Assembly (NCBI GenBank): GCA_903827975.1
Contig: CAIKKG010000001.1
Coordinates: forward strand, 26,175 to 90,174
Direction: 5' to 3'
Source of the DNA: an uncultured bacterium
GTDB taxonomy: Bacteria; Patescibacteriota; Minisyncoccia; UBA6257; GWB1-50-10
DNA length: 64,000 nucleotides
Shown here: piece by piece, positions 20,136 to 29,542 of the stretch
How the letters are laid out: every line of letters starts with the position of its first letter
Numbering within the stretch: the first letter of the stretch is position 1
Program-made: the position numbers and the translations under genes
The notes under the pieces: model-generated
What the model saw: the letters and a program-made list of their open reading frames with translations, nothing else
Databases searched by the model: none
Told to the model about the DNA's origin: nothing

Positions 20136-20936
20136 ATGCCACATTTTTCTGAACCAAATGAAATGCTTACACCTTCTAAGCGAAAGATAAGAAGGCGTCA
20201 TCTAATTATTTTTTGGTCAATATTTTTGACGTCAGTTTTTATTATTAGTGCGACCGTTTATTTTGTATTTTTTTCCCAAATAATCAAGGTTCAAAAATTC
20301 TCAATAGACGGCAATAGGGTAGTGGGGAGAAGCGAACTTGAGGAACTGATAATAAAGAAACTTAATTCAAGGGGGTGGTTCGTAAGAAAAATAGGTGAGA
20401 ATAATATTTTATATTGGTTTGGGGTTAAGGAGATTAGGGATTCGGGAATTGCTGCAGCAGATGAGGTCCTTGTTCATACAAATCTAACAGACAGAACCGT
20501 AGCAGTTGAAATAAAAGAAAGGGTATTTGCTGGTATCTGGTGTGGGGATAGCTGTTTCGGATTCGACTCTAATGGGGTTGCATACTTTTTAGCGCCAGAT
20601 ACAGAGGGTTCACTAATACTAAAGATTAAGGATGAAAATAATGTGGGCCTAACTCTTGGACAACCAGTAATAGCAGACGAAAAAGTTCTTAGTAATATAT
20701 TTAAGACAATTGCAATAATAAAAGAAAACAATATTTTAATTGATGGGGTTACAATAAAGGACGCTACACTTCGTGAGTGGGAGCTAAAGAGCACGAAGGG
20801 AACGCAGTTTAAATTTAGTCTCGACTTTGTTCCTGATAAGTTAAAGAGCGTTATTGATAATCTCAAAGGTAGGACAAAACTAGAGGCATTAAATTATATA
20901 GATTTTAGGGTACAGAACAGGGTCTACTTTAAGTAA
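20136..20936 (+). CDS. ftsQ: FtsQ/DivIB-like cell division protein (transmembrane + POTRA + beta domain)
   Basis: Basic N-terminus, a single transmembrane segment, IDGNRVV POTRA-like start, and the VAVEIKERVFAGIWC motif typical of FtsQ. Confidence 0.5.
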   Translation: MPHFSEPNEMLTPSKRKIRRRHLIIFWSIFLTSVFIISATVYFVFFSQIIKVQKFSIDGNRVVGRSELEELIIKKLNSRGWFVRKIGENNILYWFGVKEIRDSGIAAADEVLVHTNLTDRTVAVEIKERVFAGIWCGDSCFGFDSNGVAYFLAPDTEGSLILKIKDENNVGLTLGQPVIADEKVLSNIFKTIAIIKENNILIDGVTIKDATLREWELKSTKGTQFKFSLDFVPDKLKSVIDNLKGRTKLEALNYIDFRVQNRVYFK

Positions 20937-20942
20937 TGTGTT

Positions 20943-21782
20943 ATGATTAATATATTGAAGTGGTTTAAGCAATACATTATGGATGAGAGAGGGGGCTTTA
21001 CATTAGTTGAGCTTCTTCTTTATGCTGTAATTTTTGCAATTAGTTCGGTATTTCTTGTAAATATTCTGACATCCATAACACAGACAGAGGTAAGACAGAA
21101 TTCAATAAATGGCGTGAGTCAGCAGGTATCATTTGTTGCAGACACAATTCAGCGCATTGTGCGTCAGTCTAGTCTTATAGAAAATCCTGCGGGGGTTGCA
21201 AGCACAACGCTCGCTCTTCGTATGACCTCAACCTCGACAGACAGAACATCTATTTATATGGATGCTTCTTCAACCGGAATATTTTTGAAGCAGATTGATG
21301 CGAATGGTATTACAAATATAGTTCCTCTTACAGATAGCAGTGTTACGGTCGGAAATTTTTCAGTTACTAAATTCGAACCTGCTGGTGGCCAGGCGATAGT
21401 TAGGGTTGATTTAACATTGAATTACAATACGGCCGTTGAACGCGCAAAGGTTGCGCGAACCTGGAGCGGTGCAATTTCAAGAATATCCGCGGCAACTTTT
21501 GATTCAACTCTCACACCTAACTCCACAAACACGTACGACCTTGGAGGCTCTGGGTATCAGTGGAAGAACGGGTTTTTTTCAGGGAATGTTTCCATATCTG
21601 GAAACATAGGTCTTGGTGGAGCGGATCCTGCAGCAACAACGGCAAAGATTAAATCGAGTGGAGATATTATGGTAACGAACTCAGCATCTGGACTAATACT
21701 CACAGCATCCAACGGTTCATGTTTTAGAATAGGTGTTAGTACTGCTGGAGCGCTAACAACCTCAACTGTATCCTGTCCGTAA
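20943..21782 (+). CDS. type IV pilin/pseudopilin-like protein with an unusually long (17 aa) leader
   Basis: Prepilin cleavage/methylation motif G|FTLVELL (Glu at +5) followed by a hydrophobic helix. Confidence 0.65.
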   Translation: MINILKWFKQYIMDERGGFTLVELLLYAVIFAISSVFLVNILTSITQTEVRQNSINGVSQQVSFVADTIQRIVRQSSLIENPAGVASTTLALRMTSTSTDRTSIYMDASSTGIFLKQIDANGITNIVPLTDSSVTVGNFSVTKFEPAGGQAIVRVDLTLNYNTAVERAKVARTWSGAISRISAATFDSTLTPNSTNTYDLGGSGYQWKNGFFSGNVSISGNIGLGGADPAATTAKIKSSGDIMVTNSASGLILTASNGSCFRIGVSTAGALTTSTVSCP

Positions 21783-21794
21783 TAGAAGAAATAT

Positions 21795-21826
21795 AAAACC
21801 CCCGCATTACGCGGGGGGATTTTCAT
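21795..21826. terminator. bidirectional terminator between convergent genes (CCCCCGC-ATTAC-GCGGGGG)
   Basis: Perfect 7 bp GC stem with an A-run upstream and a T-run downstream. Confidence 0.6.
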
Positions 21827-22191
21827 TTAGTGAAGGCCCAGGCAACTAATCGAGAGCCAGATAGACTGAGGTTCGCAATCATTATCCCTGGGAGTAGTCC
21901 ACTAGCAGATTTTATCGATACGAATCCAATTATGCAAAATATGATGCCGAGAATTAATGATATGAATATGGCACCGAGTGAGATTATATCATCTGGTATA
22001 AGGCCGTCATCATTTATGTCGTAGACGGTAAAGAAGGCCTCAAGCCCGAAGAATATTGCGCCGAACGAAACTAAAAATATCGAGGCGGGACTTTGCATTT
22101 TCACAAAGGATGCAATAACGGCTGAAAGCATGCTTCCGGTCAAAAGCATAATCAGGGCTCCGAAGATCCTATTTTTCATGAACACGTGCAT
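21823..22191 (-). CDS. small polytopic membrane protein A (122 aa, 3-4 transmembrane helices), hypothetical
   Basis: Hydrophobic ORF with AAGGAGG RBS, its own promoter and terminator. Confidence 0.5.
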   Translation of the reverse strand: MHVFMKNRIFGALIMLLTGSMLSAVIASFVKMQSPASIFLVSFGAIFFGLEAFFTVYDINDDGLIPDDIISLGAIFISLILGIIFCIIGFVSIKSASGLLPGIMIANLSLSGSRLVAWAFTK

Positions 22192-22211
22192 TTAACACCT
22201 CCTTAAGGGCT

Positions 22212-22246
22212 GGCAGTAAATTAAACCATTTTTACGGTATTGTCAA
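22212..22246 (-). promoter_or_regulatory. sigma70-like promoter for membrane gene A (minus-strand TTGACA-17-TAATTT)
   Basis: Plus-strand TGTCAA at 22241-22246 and AAATTA at 22218-22223; consensus -35 with 17 bp spacer. Confidence 0.4.
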
Positions 22247-22254
22247 TGTGAGAC

Positions 22255-22292
22255 ATAAAAAATCCCCACACCATGATGCACAGTGTGGGATT
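22255..22292 (-). terminator. terminator of membrane gene B (hairpin CCCACAC...GTGTGGG followed by a T-run on the minus strand)
   Basis: 7 bp stem; the A-run on the plus strand is a T-run on the minus strand. Confidence 0.55.
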
Positions 22293-22295
22293 ATA

Positions 22296-22544
22296 TTATT
22301 TGCGCTCAAGTGATCTAAGTATTAGTAATGTAAAATATGCCACTACGGGCACCTCAGTCATACCAAGAAAGAAATTACTTGAGATAGCGCTTAATGTGAG
22401 ACCACCCAAAATTCCTGAGAAGATTGAGAATCCGATATTACGCTTATGCTCATTGAGGGTACCTCTTTTTTTGATAATGACTACCTCAGTAATGAAGAGA
22501 GCCAGGGCCAAAAAAGAGATTAGGAAAATGAGGAAATAAATCAT
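22296..22544 (-). CDS. small membrane protein B (82 aa, 2 transmembrane helices), hypothetical
   Basis: Hydrophobic ORF with AGGAGG RBS, its own promoter and terminator. Confidence 0.5.
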   Translation of the reverse strand: MIYFLIFLISFLALALFITEVVIIKKRGTLNEHKRNIGFSIFSGILGGLTLSAISSNFFLGMTEVPVVAYFTLLILRSLERK

Positions 22545-22574
22545 GTAGCACCTCCTATTTAAGTTGCTAAAAAT

Positions 22575-22603
22575 AAATTAAATTATATTTCAGATTCTGT
22601 CAA
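22575..22603 (-). promoter_or_regulatory. sigma70-like promoter for membrane gene B (TTGACA-17-TAATTT on the minus strand)
   Basis: Plus-strand TGTCAA at 22598-22603 and AAATTA at 22575-22580; same architecture as the gene A promoter. Confidence 0.45.
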
Positions 22604-22612
22604 TTAAGCGTG

Positions 22613-22652
22613 GTAAAAAAAGTCCCCACACCGCGCGTACGCAGTGTGGGGT
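22613..22652 (-). terminator. terminator of membrane gene C (CCCCACAC-N12-GTGTGGGG followed by T7 on the minus strand)
   Basis: Perfect 8 bp stem; same CCCCACAC arm sequence as the gene B terminator. Confidence 0.6.
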
Positions 22653-22660
22653 TGTTACCT

Positions 22661-23014
22661 CTACCTCTGGTCAACTGCCTCAAGAATGATGAGGCAAACG
22701 AGGGCGATCAGCGGCGCGATGCCGAATAATACCCACGTTTCCTGAAAGAGGGCTAGGAGCCCGCCACTTAGGACGCCCAGCAGGCTGGCAACTAATACTG
22801 CCCAGCCTGTGCCTTCTTGCGGCCTCTCCTTCACGAAGGAGGCAGACTCAACCACGAAGCCGGCAAGGCCGACTCCAGCAACAACTGCCAGCCAGGCAGC
22901 TGTAAATACTGTGGCGTGCATCACCAACGCGACGCACCAGATTGCTAGTGCTGTCGAGAATAAAACTACGGCGGTGGTGGCCATTCTTACTTGCGTTGCA
23001 AGTGAGTAAAGCAT
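22661..23014 (-). CDS. small polytopic membrane protein C (117 aa), hypothetical; GC-rich relative to its surroundings
   Basis: Hydrophobic ORF with Ala/Gly/Val-rich GC-rich codons, AAGGAG RBS, its own promoter and terminator. Confidence 0.5.
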   Translation of the reverse strand: MLYSLATQVRMATTAVVLFSTALAIWCVALVMHATVFTAAWLAVVAGVGLAGFVVESASFVKERPQEGTGWAVLVASLLGVLSGGLLALFQETWVLFGIAPLIALVCLIILEAVDQR

Positions 23015-23071
23015 TTTTCTTTCTCCTTTTTGGCGCAGATGCGCGTGGGTTGTTGTAAGGGAACTGGTATA

Positions 23072-23100
23072 ATTAAAACCTATTTATGCCATTTTGTCAA
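23072..23100 (-). promoter_or_regulatory. candidate promoter for membrane gene C (-35 TTGACA; weaker -10)
   Basis: Plus-strand TGTCAA at 23095-23100; AT-rich -10 candidates (TTTAAT/TAATTA) 17-19 bp downstream on the minus strand. Confidence 0.35.
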
Positions 23101-23150
23101 TAGGATACTTTCCGCTTAAAATGACAATAATACGCGGGTAAAGTGCTAAT

Positions 23151-23177
23151 TTAGCACTTGACTCGCATGAGTGCTAA
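23151..23177 (+). promoter_or_regulatory. CIRCE operator (TTAGCACTT-GACTCGCAT-GAGTGCTAA) for hrcA-grpE-dnaK, with an extra half-site GTGCTAA directly upstream
   Basis: 9-N9-9 inverted repeat closely matching the canonical CIRCE; it overlaps the GTG of the long ORF call, which supports the downstream ATG start for hrcA. Confidence 0.8.
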
Positions 23178-23194
23178 TTCTATACTTTACTCTG

Positions 23195-23905
23195 ATGAAG
23201 GATCGTACACGAGAAATTCTTGAATTTGCAGTTAAAGATTTCATAAGGGTCGGGAAGCCGATTACGTCGGAATATCTTTATGAACTGCACAATTTTGGTA
23301 TTAAGCCAGCAATGATTCGTTGGGAACTTAATGATTTATCAGAAAACGGATTTTTCTTCCAGACACATCCGTCAGGTGGTAGGTTTCCAACTAATAAAGC
23401 ATATCAGTTTTTTGTGAATGAGCTTCTTTCAAGTGAGAATGATGAGCAGTCCGCGGGTAGTGATTTAACCGATAGTTTTTTTGAAAATAATACAAAGGTG
23501 ATGGTTCATAGAATATCAGAATATCTTGAGGGGTTGAGCGTTGGGTATGACCTCTACTCTCATGAGGTTTATGGAAGTGGGTTAAATGATTTGTTGTCAC
23601 ATCTTGAAACAAACGCAAAAGAAGAGTTAGTAAATGTTGTTAAGGATTTTGAAATGTTAGAGGAAAGACTTCAGAAGAAGAGTGACTGGTGGAAAGGCGA
23701 GGAATTATGGCCGCGCGTTTTTATAGGGGAGAGTCCTGTTACAAAAAGTGAACATCTTTCGGTTGTTGTCGGAAGATATTTTTGTGAGGGTAGGGATGTA
23801 TTACTTTTTTCAATTGGGCCAACTAGGATGGATTATAAAAAGTCAGTCAACCTATTCAAAACATTTACAAAGTCGCGAACAGAAAAGCAGAAGAAACAAA
23901 AATAA
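23195..23905 (+). CDS. hrcA: heat-inducible transcription repressor HrcA
   Basis: N-terminal wHTH (REILEFAVKDFIRVGKPITSEYL); heads a grpE-dnaK operon and is preceded by CIRCE. Start placed at ATG 23195 rather than GTG 23171. Confidence 0.8.
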   Translation: MKDRTREILEFAVKDFIRVGKPITSEYLYELHNFGIKPAMIRWELNDLSENGFFFQTHPSGGRFPTNKAYQFFVNELLSSENDEQSAGSDLTDSFFENNTKVMVHRISEYLEGLSVGYDLYSHEVYGSGLNDLLSHLETNAKEELVNVVKDFEMLEERLQKKSDWWKGEELWPRVFIGESPVTKSEHLSVVVGRYFCEGRDVLLFSIGPTRMDYKKSVNLFKTFTKSRTEKQKKQK

Positions 23906-23907
23906 TT

Positions 23908-24411
23908 ATGGATGAAGAAATAAAAAAAGAAGAAGAGGTGGTTATAGAAGAAACAGAGTTGGATAGGTGTAGTAAAGAGAGGGAAGAGTATTTAGATGGA
24001 TGGAGAAGGGCGAAAGCCGACCTCATAAATTTTAAAAAGGAGGAGGCCGGAAGATTAGCTGGGTTTCTGAAAAACGGGAATGAGAATATCATAAAGGATC
24101 TTATTACAGTACTGGATAGTTTTGAGCTTGGAATTGCAGCAACAACAGAAGTAAATCCAGAAGTAATGAAGGGAATGATACTGATTAAAAATCAACTTGA
24201 AGACGCACTAAGAAGGCATGGAACAGAAAAACTAGAGGTTAAAAAGGGGGAGATGTTTGACCCCGCACGCCACGAAGCAATAGGAGAGATGCACTCAGAG
24301 TATCCAGATGGTTCAGTAGTGGAGGAGGTGGAGGGTGGGTATCTGCTCTACAATAAAGTAATAAGAGCATCAAAGGTTAGACTTTCAAAAGGCGAAATAA
24401 ATAATAAATAA
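23908..24411 (+). CDS. grpE: nucleotide exchange factor GrpE
   Basis: Acidic N-terminus, the WRRAKADLINFKK coiled-coil motif and a C-terminal beta domain. Confidence 0.85.
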   Translation: MDEEIKKEEEVVIEETELDRCSKEREEYLDGWRRAKADLINFKKEEAGRLAGFLKNGNENIIKDLITVLDSFELGIAATTEVNPEVMKGMILIKNQLEDALRRHGTEKLEVKKGEMFDPARHEAIGEMHSEYPDGSVVEEVEGGYLLYNKVIRASKVRLSKGEINNK

Positions 24412-24421
24412 TTAAAAAAAT

Positions 24422-26317
24422 ATGGCAAAAATTTTAGGAATTGATCTCGGTACAACAAATTCAGCAATGTCAGTAATGGACGGTGGAGAGCCTACGGTAT
24501 TAGAAAATCAGGAGGGGAATAGAACAACACCATCTATTGTCGCGATGAGTAAGACGAATGAACGTCTCTCTGGGCTTTTAGCAAAGCGTCAGGCTGTTGT
24601 TAATCCAAAGAATACAATATTCTCAGTTAAGCGCTTAATAGGAAGAAAGTTTAGTGATGTGGAGGTTCAGCGCGACAGTAAATGGCTTCCGTACGAGATT
24701 AAGGAATCTGCGTCGGGGGGCGTAGACGTAAAAATGGGTGATAGGTGGTACACACCAGAAGAAATCTCATCAATGATTTTGCAGAAGCTTAAGGCTGATG
24801 CGGAGGCAAAGTTGGGTGAGAAAATAGATGAGGTAGTTATTACAGTGCCTGCCTATTTTGATGATAGCGAGAGACAGGCAACAAAAAACGCTGGTGAGAT
24901 TGCCGGATTCAAAGTGCGTCGAATTATCAATGAGCCGACTGCGGCTGCATTCGCATACGGAGCAAATAAAATGAAGAATGAGAAGATTGCAGTTTATGAT
25001 TTCGGTGGTGGCACATTTGATATTTCAGTTTTAGAAATTGGATATGATGCGGAGTCAAAAGAACAGACGGTTGAGGTTCGCGCGACTGGTGGAGATACAC
25101 ATCTCGGCGGTGATGATCTTGATAAGCGCGTAATCGATTATTTGGTCTCCGAATATAAGAAGCAGGAAGGAATAGATGTATCAAAGGATCCTCTTGCTAC
25201 GCAAAGATTAAAAGAGGCTGCGGAGCGCGCAAAGCATGAGCTCTCAACATCTCTCGAGACTGAGATTAACATTCCGTATATTACTTCAGATGCTACAGGG
25301 CCGAAGCACTTCCTAATAAAACTTACCCGCGCAAAATTAGAAGATCTTGTGCGCGATCTTATTGACCGCTCCATAGAACTTGTTAAAGAGGCGGTTACAG
25401 CGCAAGCCCCAAAGGGTGCTGGTATGAAACTAGAGGATATAAATGAGATTCTACTTGTTGGCGGACAGACAAGAATGCCAGCGATTCAGGAGGCTGTTAA
25501 AAATTTATTTGGTAAGGAGCCCCACAAAGGAATTAATCCTGATGAAGTAGTTGCAATGGGAGCATCAATTCAAGCGGGCATTCTTCAGGGAGATGTAAAA
25601 GACATTCTTCTTCTTGATGTGACTCCATTATCTCTTAGCATTGAAACCATGGGTGGCGTTGCTACGCCGATGATTCAGAAGAATACAACAATGCCTACGG
25701 CAAAGACTCAGGTCTTCTCAACGGCGGCAGACAATCAGACCTCAGTAGAGATTCATATTGGTCAGGGAGAGCGACCAATGATGGCGGATAACAAAACACT
25801 CGCACGTTTTATTTTGGATGGAATTCCACCATCTCCACGCGGAATGCCGCAAGTTGAGGTTACATTTGATATTGATGCAAATGGAATTTTGAGTGTTTCT
25901 GCAAAAGATAAAGCATCTGGAAAATCACAATCAGTAAAGATTGAGGCATCAACAAGTCTTAATAAAGAAGAGATTGAAAGATTGAAGCAGGAGGCTGCAG
26001 CGCATGCAGCAGAAGATGAGAAGCGTCGAATAATTATTGAGATAAAAAATCAGGCGGAATCTATGATTTACGTTTCTGAAAAAGGAGTTCGCGATGCTGG
26101 AGAAAAGGTACCAGCCGAATTAAAAGAGAGTATAGAAAAGAAAATTGCTACACTAAAGGAGGTAAAAGAAAAAGATGATGCGGATGCAATTAAAAATGCA
26201 ACGCAGGATCTTTCTGCAGAGCTTCAAAAGATCGGCGAAATAATGTATAAAGATAATAAGGAGACACCTGCCGCAGGTGAGCCAAAAGATGCGGGCGAGG
26301 AACAGGGGACACAATAA
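24422..26317 (+). CDS. dnaK: molecular chaperone DnaK (Hsp70)
   Basis: [17 protein letters not shown] and other Hsp70 signatures; 631 aa. Confidence 0.95.
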   Translation: MAKILGIDLGTTNSAMSVMDGGEPTVLENQEGNRTTPSIVAMSKTNERLSGLLAKRQAVVNPKNTIFSVKRLIGRKFSDVEVQRDSKWLPYEIKESASGGVDVKMGDRWYTPEEISSMILQKLKADAEAKLGEKIDEVVITVPAYFDDSERQATKNAGEIAGFKVRRIINEPTAAAFAYGANKMKNEKIAVYDFGGGTFDISVLEIGYDAESKEQTVEVRATGGDTHLGGDDLDKRVIDYLVSEYKKQEGIDVSKDPLATQRLKEAAERAKHELSTSLETEINIPYITSDATGPKHFLIKLTRAKLEDLVRDLIDRSIELVKEAVTAQAPKGAGMKLEDINEILLVGGQTRMPAIQEAVKNLFGKEPHKGINPDEVVAMGASIQAGILQGDVKDILLLDVTPLSLSIETMGGVATPMIQKNTTMPTAKTQVFSTAADNQTSVEIHIGQGERPMMADNKTLARFILDGIPPSPRGMPQVEVTFDIDANGILSVSAKDKASGKSQSVKIEASTSLNKEEIERLKQEAAAHAAEDEKRRIIIEIKNQAESMIYVSEKGVRDAGEKVPAELKESIEKKIATLKEVKEKDDADAIKNATQDLSAELQKIGEIMYKDNKETPAAGEPKDAGEEQGTQ

Positions 26318-26318
26318 A

Positions 26319-27362
26319 ATGAATTTTAACGAGACATCAATAGATAGACAATCAAAAGTAGAGGAGGTTGATTTTAGTGCTCTAAAAATATTGATACTCA
26401 CGTTTCTTTCTGTCGCAGCCAGCATGGCAATGATATATGAGTTCAGCGCATTCTCAATATCATTAAATTATTTGTCTTTGTGGCTCGGACTTTCAGCACT
26501 CTTCATATTTACAGTCCTAAACATATTGAATGCATTCTTTATCAAGCACATTTCTATGTTAGCTGGAATTGCATTTCTTGAAACATGTCTTCCTATCGTG
26601 TTTTATCCTAATCAGATATTTTCTATAAACATGGTTGGATTTCTATTGTTTTTTGCATTTGTATTGTACGGATTACTCGCAGGCCGAAATCATTTGATGA
26701 ACAGTATAAAGATTAGGTTCTTTTCAGTTGTAAGCTTAATAACACCAAAGATAGTTACTGGCGCATTAATTTGCATGAGTATGCTATTTTTTACGAACTG
26801 CCTCTCTTATGGAAATGGAGTCTGCACTGAAAGCTTTGGTAAGAGTATCGTGAATAATGCATTAGATGCGTCGACACCAATTGTTAATATTTGGATTCCA
26901 GGTGTTTCGGCTGATCAGACAGTAAGCGATTTTTTTAACAGTTTTGCAATTTCCCAAATGAGCAAGGTAAAACTTGGAGATGGATTTCCTGAAAATATTA
27001 ACCTAAGTACCGGCATTTCTGAAATTCCTAAATTATTGCGTGAAAAAATAATAAATAAATTTTCAAGCGATATAAGGAGTGCGTTTGAACAAACGACTGG
27101 ACCATTAGACTCAAATAAAAGTGTTAAGAGCGAGGTATTCAGAATTATCTCGGAATATGTGAAGAAGTTTTCAGATAAAACAAAGGCAATAGCATCTATT
27201 GGTCTAGCCGTTCTAATTTTCTTTTCACTTAAAGGAATTGCATTCCTAACTTATTGGTTGGTAAATCTGGTCGCGTTTCTAGTATATAAACTATTAATTG
27301 CAGCTAATTTTGCCGTAGTTAATTATGAAACACGAAACAGAGAGTTTGTAATTCTACCGTAA
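26319..27362 (+). CDS. uncharacterised polytopic membrane protein encoded between dnaK and dnaJ
   Basis: 347 aa; 4-5 N-terminal transmembrane helices, a soluble middle region and a C-terminal transmembrane pair. Likely start is the ATG at 26319, directly after the dnaK stop. Confidence 0.5.
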   Translation: MNFNETSIDRQSKVEEVDFSALKILILTFLSVAASMAMIYEFSAFSISLNYLSLWLGLSALFIFTVLNILNAFFIKHISMLAGIAFLETCLPIVFYPNQIFSINMVGFLLFFAFVLYGLLAGRNHLMNSIKIRFFSVVSLITPKIVTGALICMSMLFFTNCLSYGNGVCTESFGKSIVNNALDASTPIVNIWIPGVSADQTVSDFFNSFAISQMSKVKLGDGFPENINLSTGISEIPKLLREKIINKFSSDIRSAFEQTTGPLDSNKSVKSEVFRIISEYVKKFSDKTKAIASIGLAVLIFFSLKGIAFLTYWLVNLVAFLVYKLLIAANFAVVNYETRNREFVILP

Positions 27363-27365
27363 ATA

Positions 27366-28478
27366 ATGGCAAAAGATTTCTACTCAACCTTAGGCGTTTT
27401 AAAAAACGCCTCAGAGGAAGATATAAAAAAAGCATATCGCAAATTAGCACATCAATTTCACCCAGATAAGCCTGGTGGTGATGAGGCAAAGTTTAAGGAG
27501 GTCAATGAGGCCTACCAGGTTTTGTCGCACAAAGAAAAGCGTGCTCAGTACGATCGTTTTGGTCGCGTGTCTGATGCACCAAATGGTGGTGGTGCGCAGG
27601 GTTGGGATGGATTTAATGGGTTTGGAGGAAATGGCGCGCAGTGGAATGTGAATTTTGGAGAGGATATGGGAGACCTCGGTGATATTTTTGAAACATTTTT
27701 TGGTGGCGGTATGGGAGGCGTTGCACAGAAGCCCGCACATAAGAGAGGTGCAAACATTGAGGCACATGAGCGCATAACCCTTGAGGAGGCCTTTAGTGGT
27801 ACAAAGAGGGTACTTAGATTTGAAACATATGTTGATTGTCCACAATGTAAGGGAATCGGATATGAAAAAAGTAAGGGCGTAACAAAGTGTGTAAAATGTA
27901 ACGGAAAGGGAGAGACGCAGGAAGAACGAAGAACTGTATTCGGCAGTTTTGTACAAAAAAAGGTTTGCACAGAGTGTAGGGGAAGGGGTGAAGTACCAAA
28001 AGAAAAATGTACTGAATGCAAAGGAAGTGGAAGAAAATTAAGCACACGCGAGGTGGACGTTGAGATTGCAAAGGGTGTGGAGGATGGTCAAGTTATTAAA
28101 ATAACGGGCATGGGTGAGGCTGGAGAGCTTGCAAGTGGCACTGGAGATTTGTATGTGGTAGTGCGTGTTAAGCCTCACACACATTTTGAGAGACACAAGG
28201 AAGATCTTATAACAGAGAAAGAAATTAAAGTTACTGAGGCGCTTTTGGGTAAGGAAATTGAAATGGTTGATATTGATGGAGAGAAATACAAAATACTTAT
28301 TCCAACGGGTTTTAATTTAAACGAACCATTGAGGGTTCCTGGACGCGGAATGCCAAAGTTTGGCATATTTGGTTCATCATCTCGCGGAAATCTACACGTT
28401 CGTCTTAATGCTAAACTTCCAAAATCACTTTCACACAAAGCTAAAAAGCTTTTAGAGGATCTCGATAAAGAGCTTTAG
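27366..28478 (+). CDS. dnaJ: co-chaperone DnaJ
   Basis: J domain ([12 protein letters not shown]), Gly/Phe-rich linker and four CxxCxGxG zinc-finger repeats. Confidence 0.9.
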   Translation: MAKDFYSTLGVLKNASEEDIKKAYRKLAHQFHPDKPGGDEAKFKEVNEAYQVLSHKEKRAQYDRFGRVSDAPNGGGAQGWDGFNGFGGNGAQWNVNFGEDMGDLGDIFETFFGGGMGGVAQKPAHKRGANIEAHERITLEEAFSGTKRVLRFETYVDCPQCKGIGYEKSKGVTKCVKCNGKGETQEERRTVFGSFVQKKVCTECRGRGEVPKEKCTECKGSGRKLSTREVDVEIAKGVEDGQVIKITGMGEAGELASGTGDLYVVVRVKPHTHFERHKEDLITEKEIKVTEALLGKEIEMVDIDGEKYKILIPTGFNLNEPLRVPGRGMPKFGIFGSSSRGNLHVRLNAKLPKSLSHKAKKLLEDLDKEL

Positions 28479-28485
28479 AGATTCG

Positions 28486-28514
28486 TTGACATTTCAGTGA
28501 GATTCGGTATTATA
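28486..28514 (+). promoter_or_regulatory. sigma70 promoter of the rplJ-rplL operon (TTGACA-16-TATTAT)
   Basis: Consensus -35 with a near-consensus -10 upstream of a 160 nt leader. Confidence 0.5.
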
Positions 28515-28674
28515 TGTGAGCAATCCGTAGAAAGTAGGTGTCGAGATAAAATGACATAAGTCCTACCGAGGAGTAACCCTATTTTGGGCAAATCTCTCTG
28601 CGGCAAAGGTCGCGGTTTTTTATTGGTCGCACAGCAATGTGAGAGCAGTAAAACGAGCCGGAAGTTAAAATGAT
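28515..28674 (+). promoter_or_regulatory. rplJ 5' leader (probable L10-L12 autoregulatory leader RNA)
   Basis: Long structured untranslated region between the promoter and rplJ. The L10 leader is a known cis-regulatory element in many bacteria; the structure was not verified. Confidence 0.35.
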
Positions 28675-29166
28675 ATGAAAACAAAAGCACAAAAATTATC
28701 ACAAATAGAAGCAGGTGCAAAAGAACTTAAGACAAGTCAGACGGTGGTAATCACTGATTTCACAGGTCTTACAGCGAACGAGTTAAATGCGTTCCGTAAA
28801 GAAGTCTTTGCGCTTGGCGGTACAATGAGCGTTATTAAAAAACGTCTCTTGAAATATGTGTTTGAGAAAGAGGGAATAGAGTTTGATCCTAAACAATTTG
28901 AAGGCCAGACCGGTGTCGTATTTTCTCCAAAAGATATGGTGGAAACTGCGGGTACTGCGTATAAATTTTCAAAGCAAAATAAGCTTTTCAAAATTCTTGG
29001 CGGATATGAGGTTAGCGAGAAGAAGTTTGTTCCTGCGACTGAGGTTGTAATGATAGGACAGTTGCCTTCAAGAGAGGTTCTCTTGGGTCAGTTGGTCTAC
29101 ATGCTTGGCAGCCCAATTCGCTCATTTCTCTATGTATTAAGTGAAAAGTCGAAACAAACAAAATAA
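28675..29166 (+). CDS. rplJ: 50S ribosomal protein L10
   Basis: Characteristic L10 N-terminus (KAQKLSQIEAGAKELKTSQTVVITDFTGLTANELNAFRKEV). Confidence 0.9.
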   Translation: MKTKAQKLSQIEAGAKELKTSQTVVITDFTGLTANELNAFRKEVFALGGTMSVIKKRLLKYVFEKEGIEFDPKQFEGQTGVVFSPKDMVETAGTAYKFSKQNKLFKILGGYEVSEKKFVPATEVVMIGQLPSREVLLGQLVYMLGSPIRSFLYVLSEKSKQTK

Positions 29167-29172
29167 TTAACT

Positions 29173-29532
29173 ATGGAAAAATTTAACGATATTATCACAA
29201 AGGTTGAATCAATGTCTGTATTGGAACTTTCAGAATTGGTAAAAGCTTTGGAGGAGAAGTTTGGAGTATCTGCGGCTGCTATGGCAGTTGCCGGTCCTGC
29301 AGCAGCTGTTGCAGAAGAGAAGACATCTTGGGATGTAGTTCTCACAAGCGGCGGAGAGCAGAAAATCAACGTCATCAAAATCGTGAAGGAAGCAACTGGA
29401 TTGGGACTCAAGGAGTCAAAGGATCTAGTTGATGGAGCTCCGAAGGAGGTGAAGAAAGGATTGAAGAAGGAAGAGGCAGAAGAGTTGAAGAAGAAGCTCG
29501 AAGATGCAGGAGCAGTAGTAGAACTCAAGTAA
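29173..29532 (+). CDS. rplL: 50S ribosomal protein L7/L12
   Basis: N-terminal dimerisation helix, Ala-rich hinge and C-terminal domain ending ...GAVVELK. Confidence 0.9.
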   Translation: MEKFNDIITKVESMSVLELSELVKALEEKFGVSAAAMAVAGPAAAVAEEKTSWDVVLTSGGEQKINVIKIVKEATGLGLKESKDLVDGAPKEVKKGLKKEEAEELKKKLEDAGAVVELK

Positions 29533-29542
29533 ATAGTTCTAT

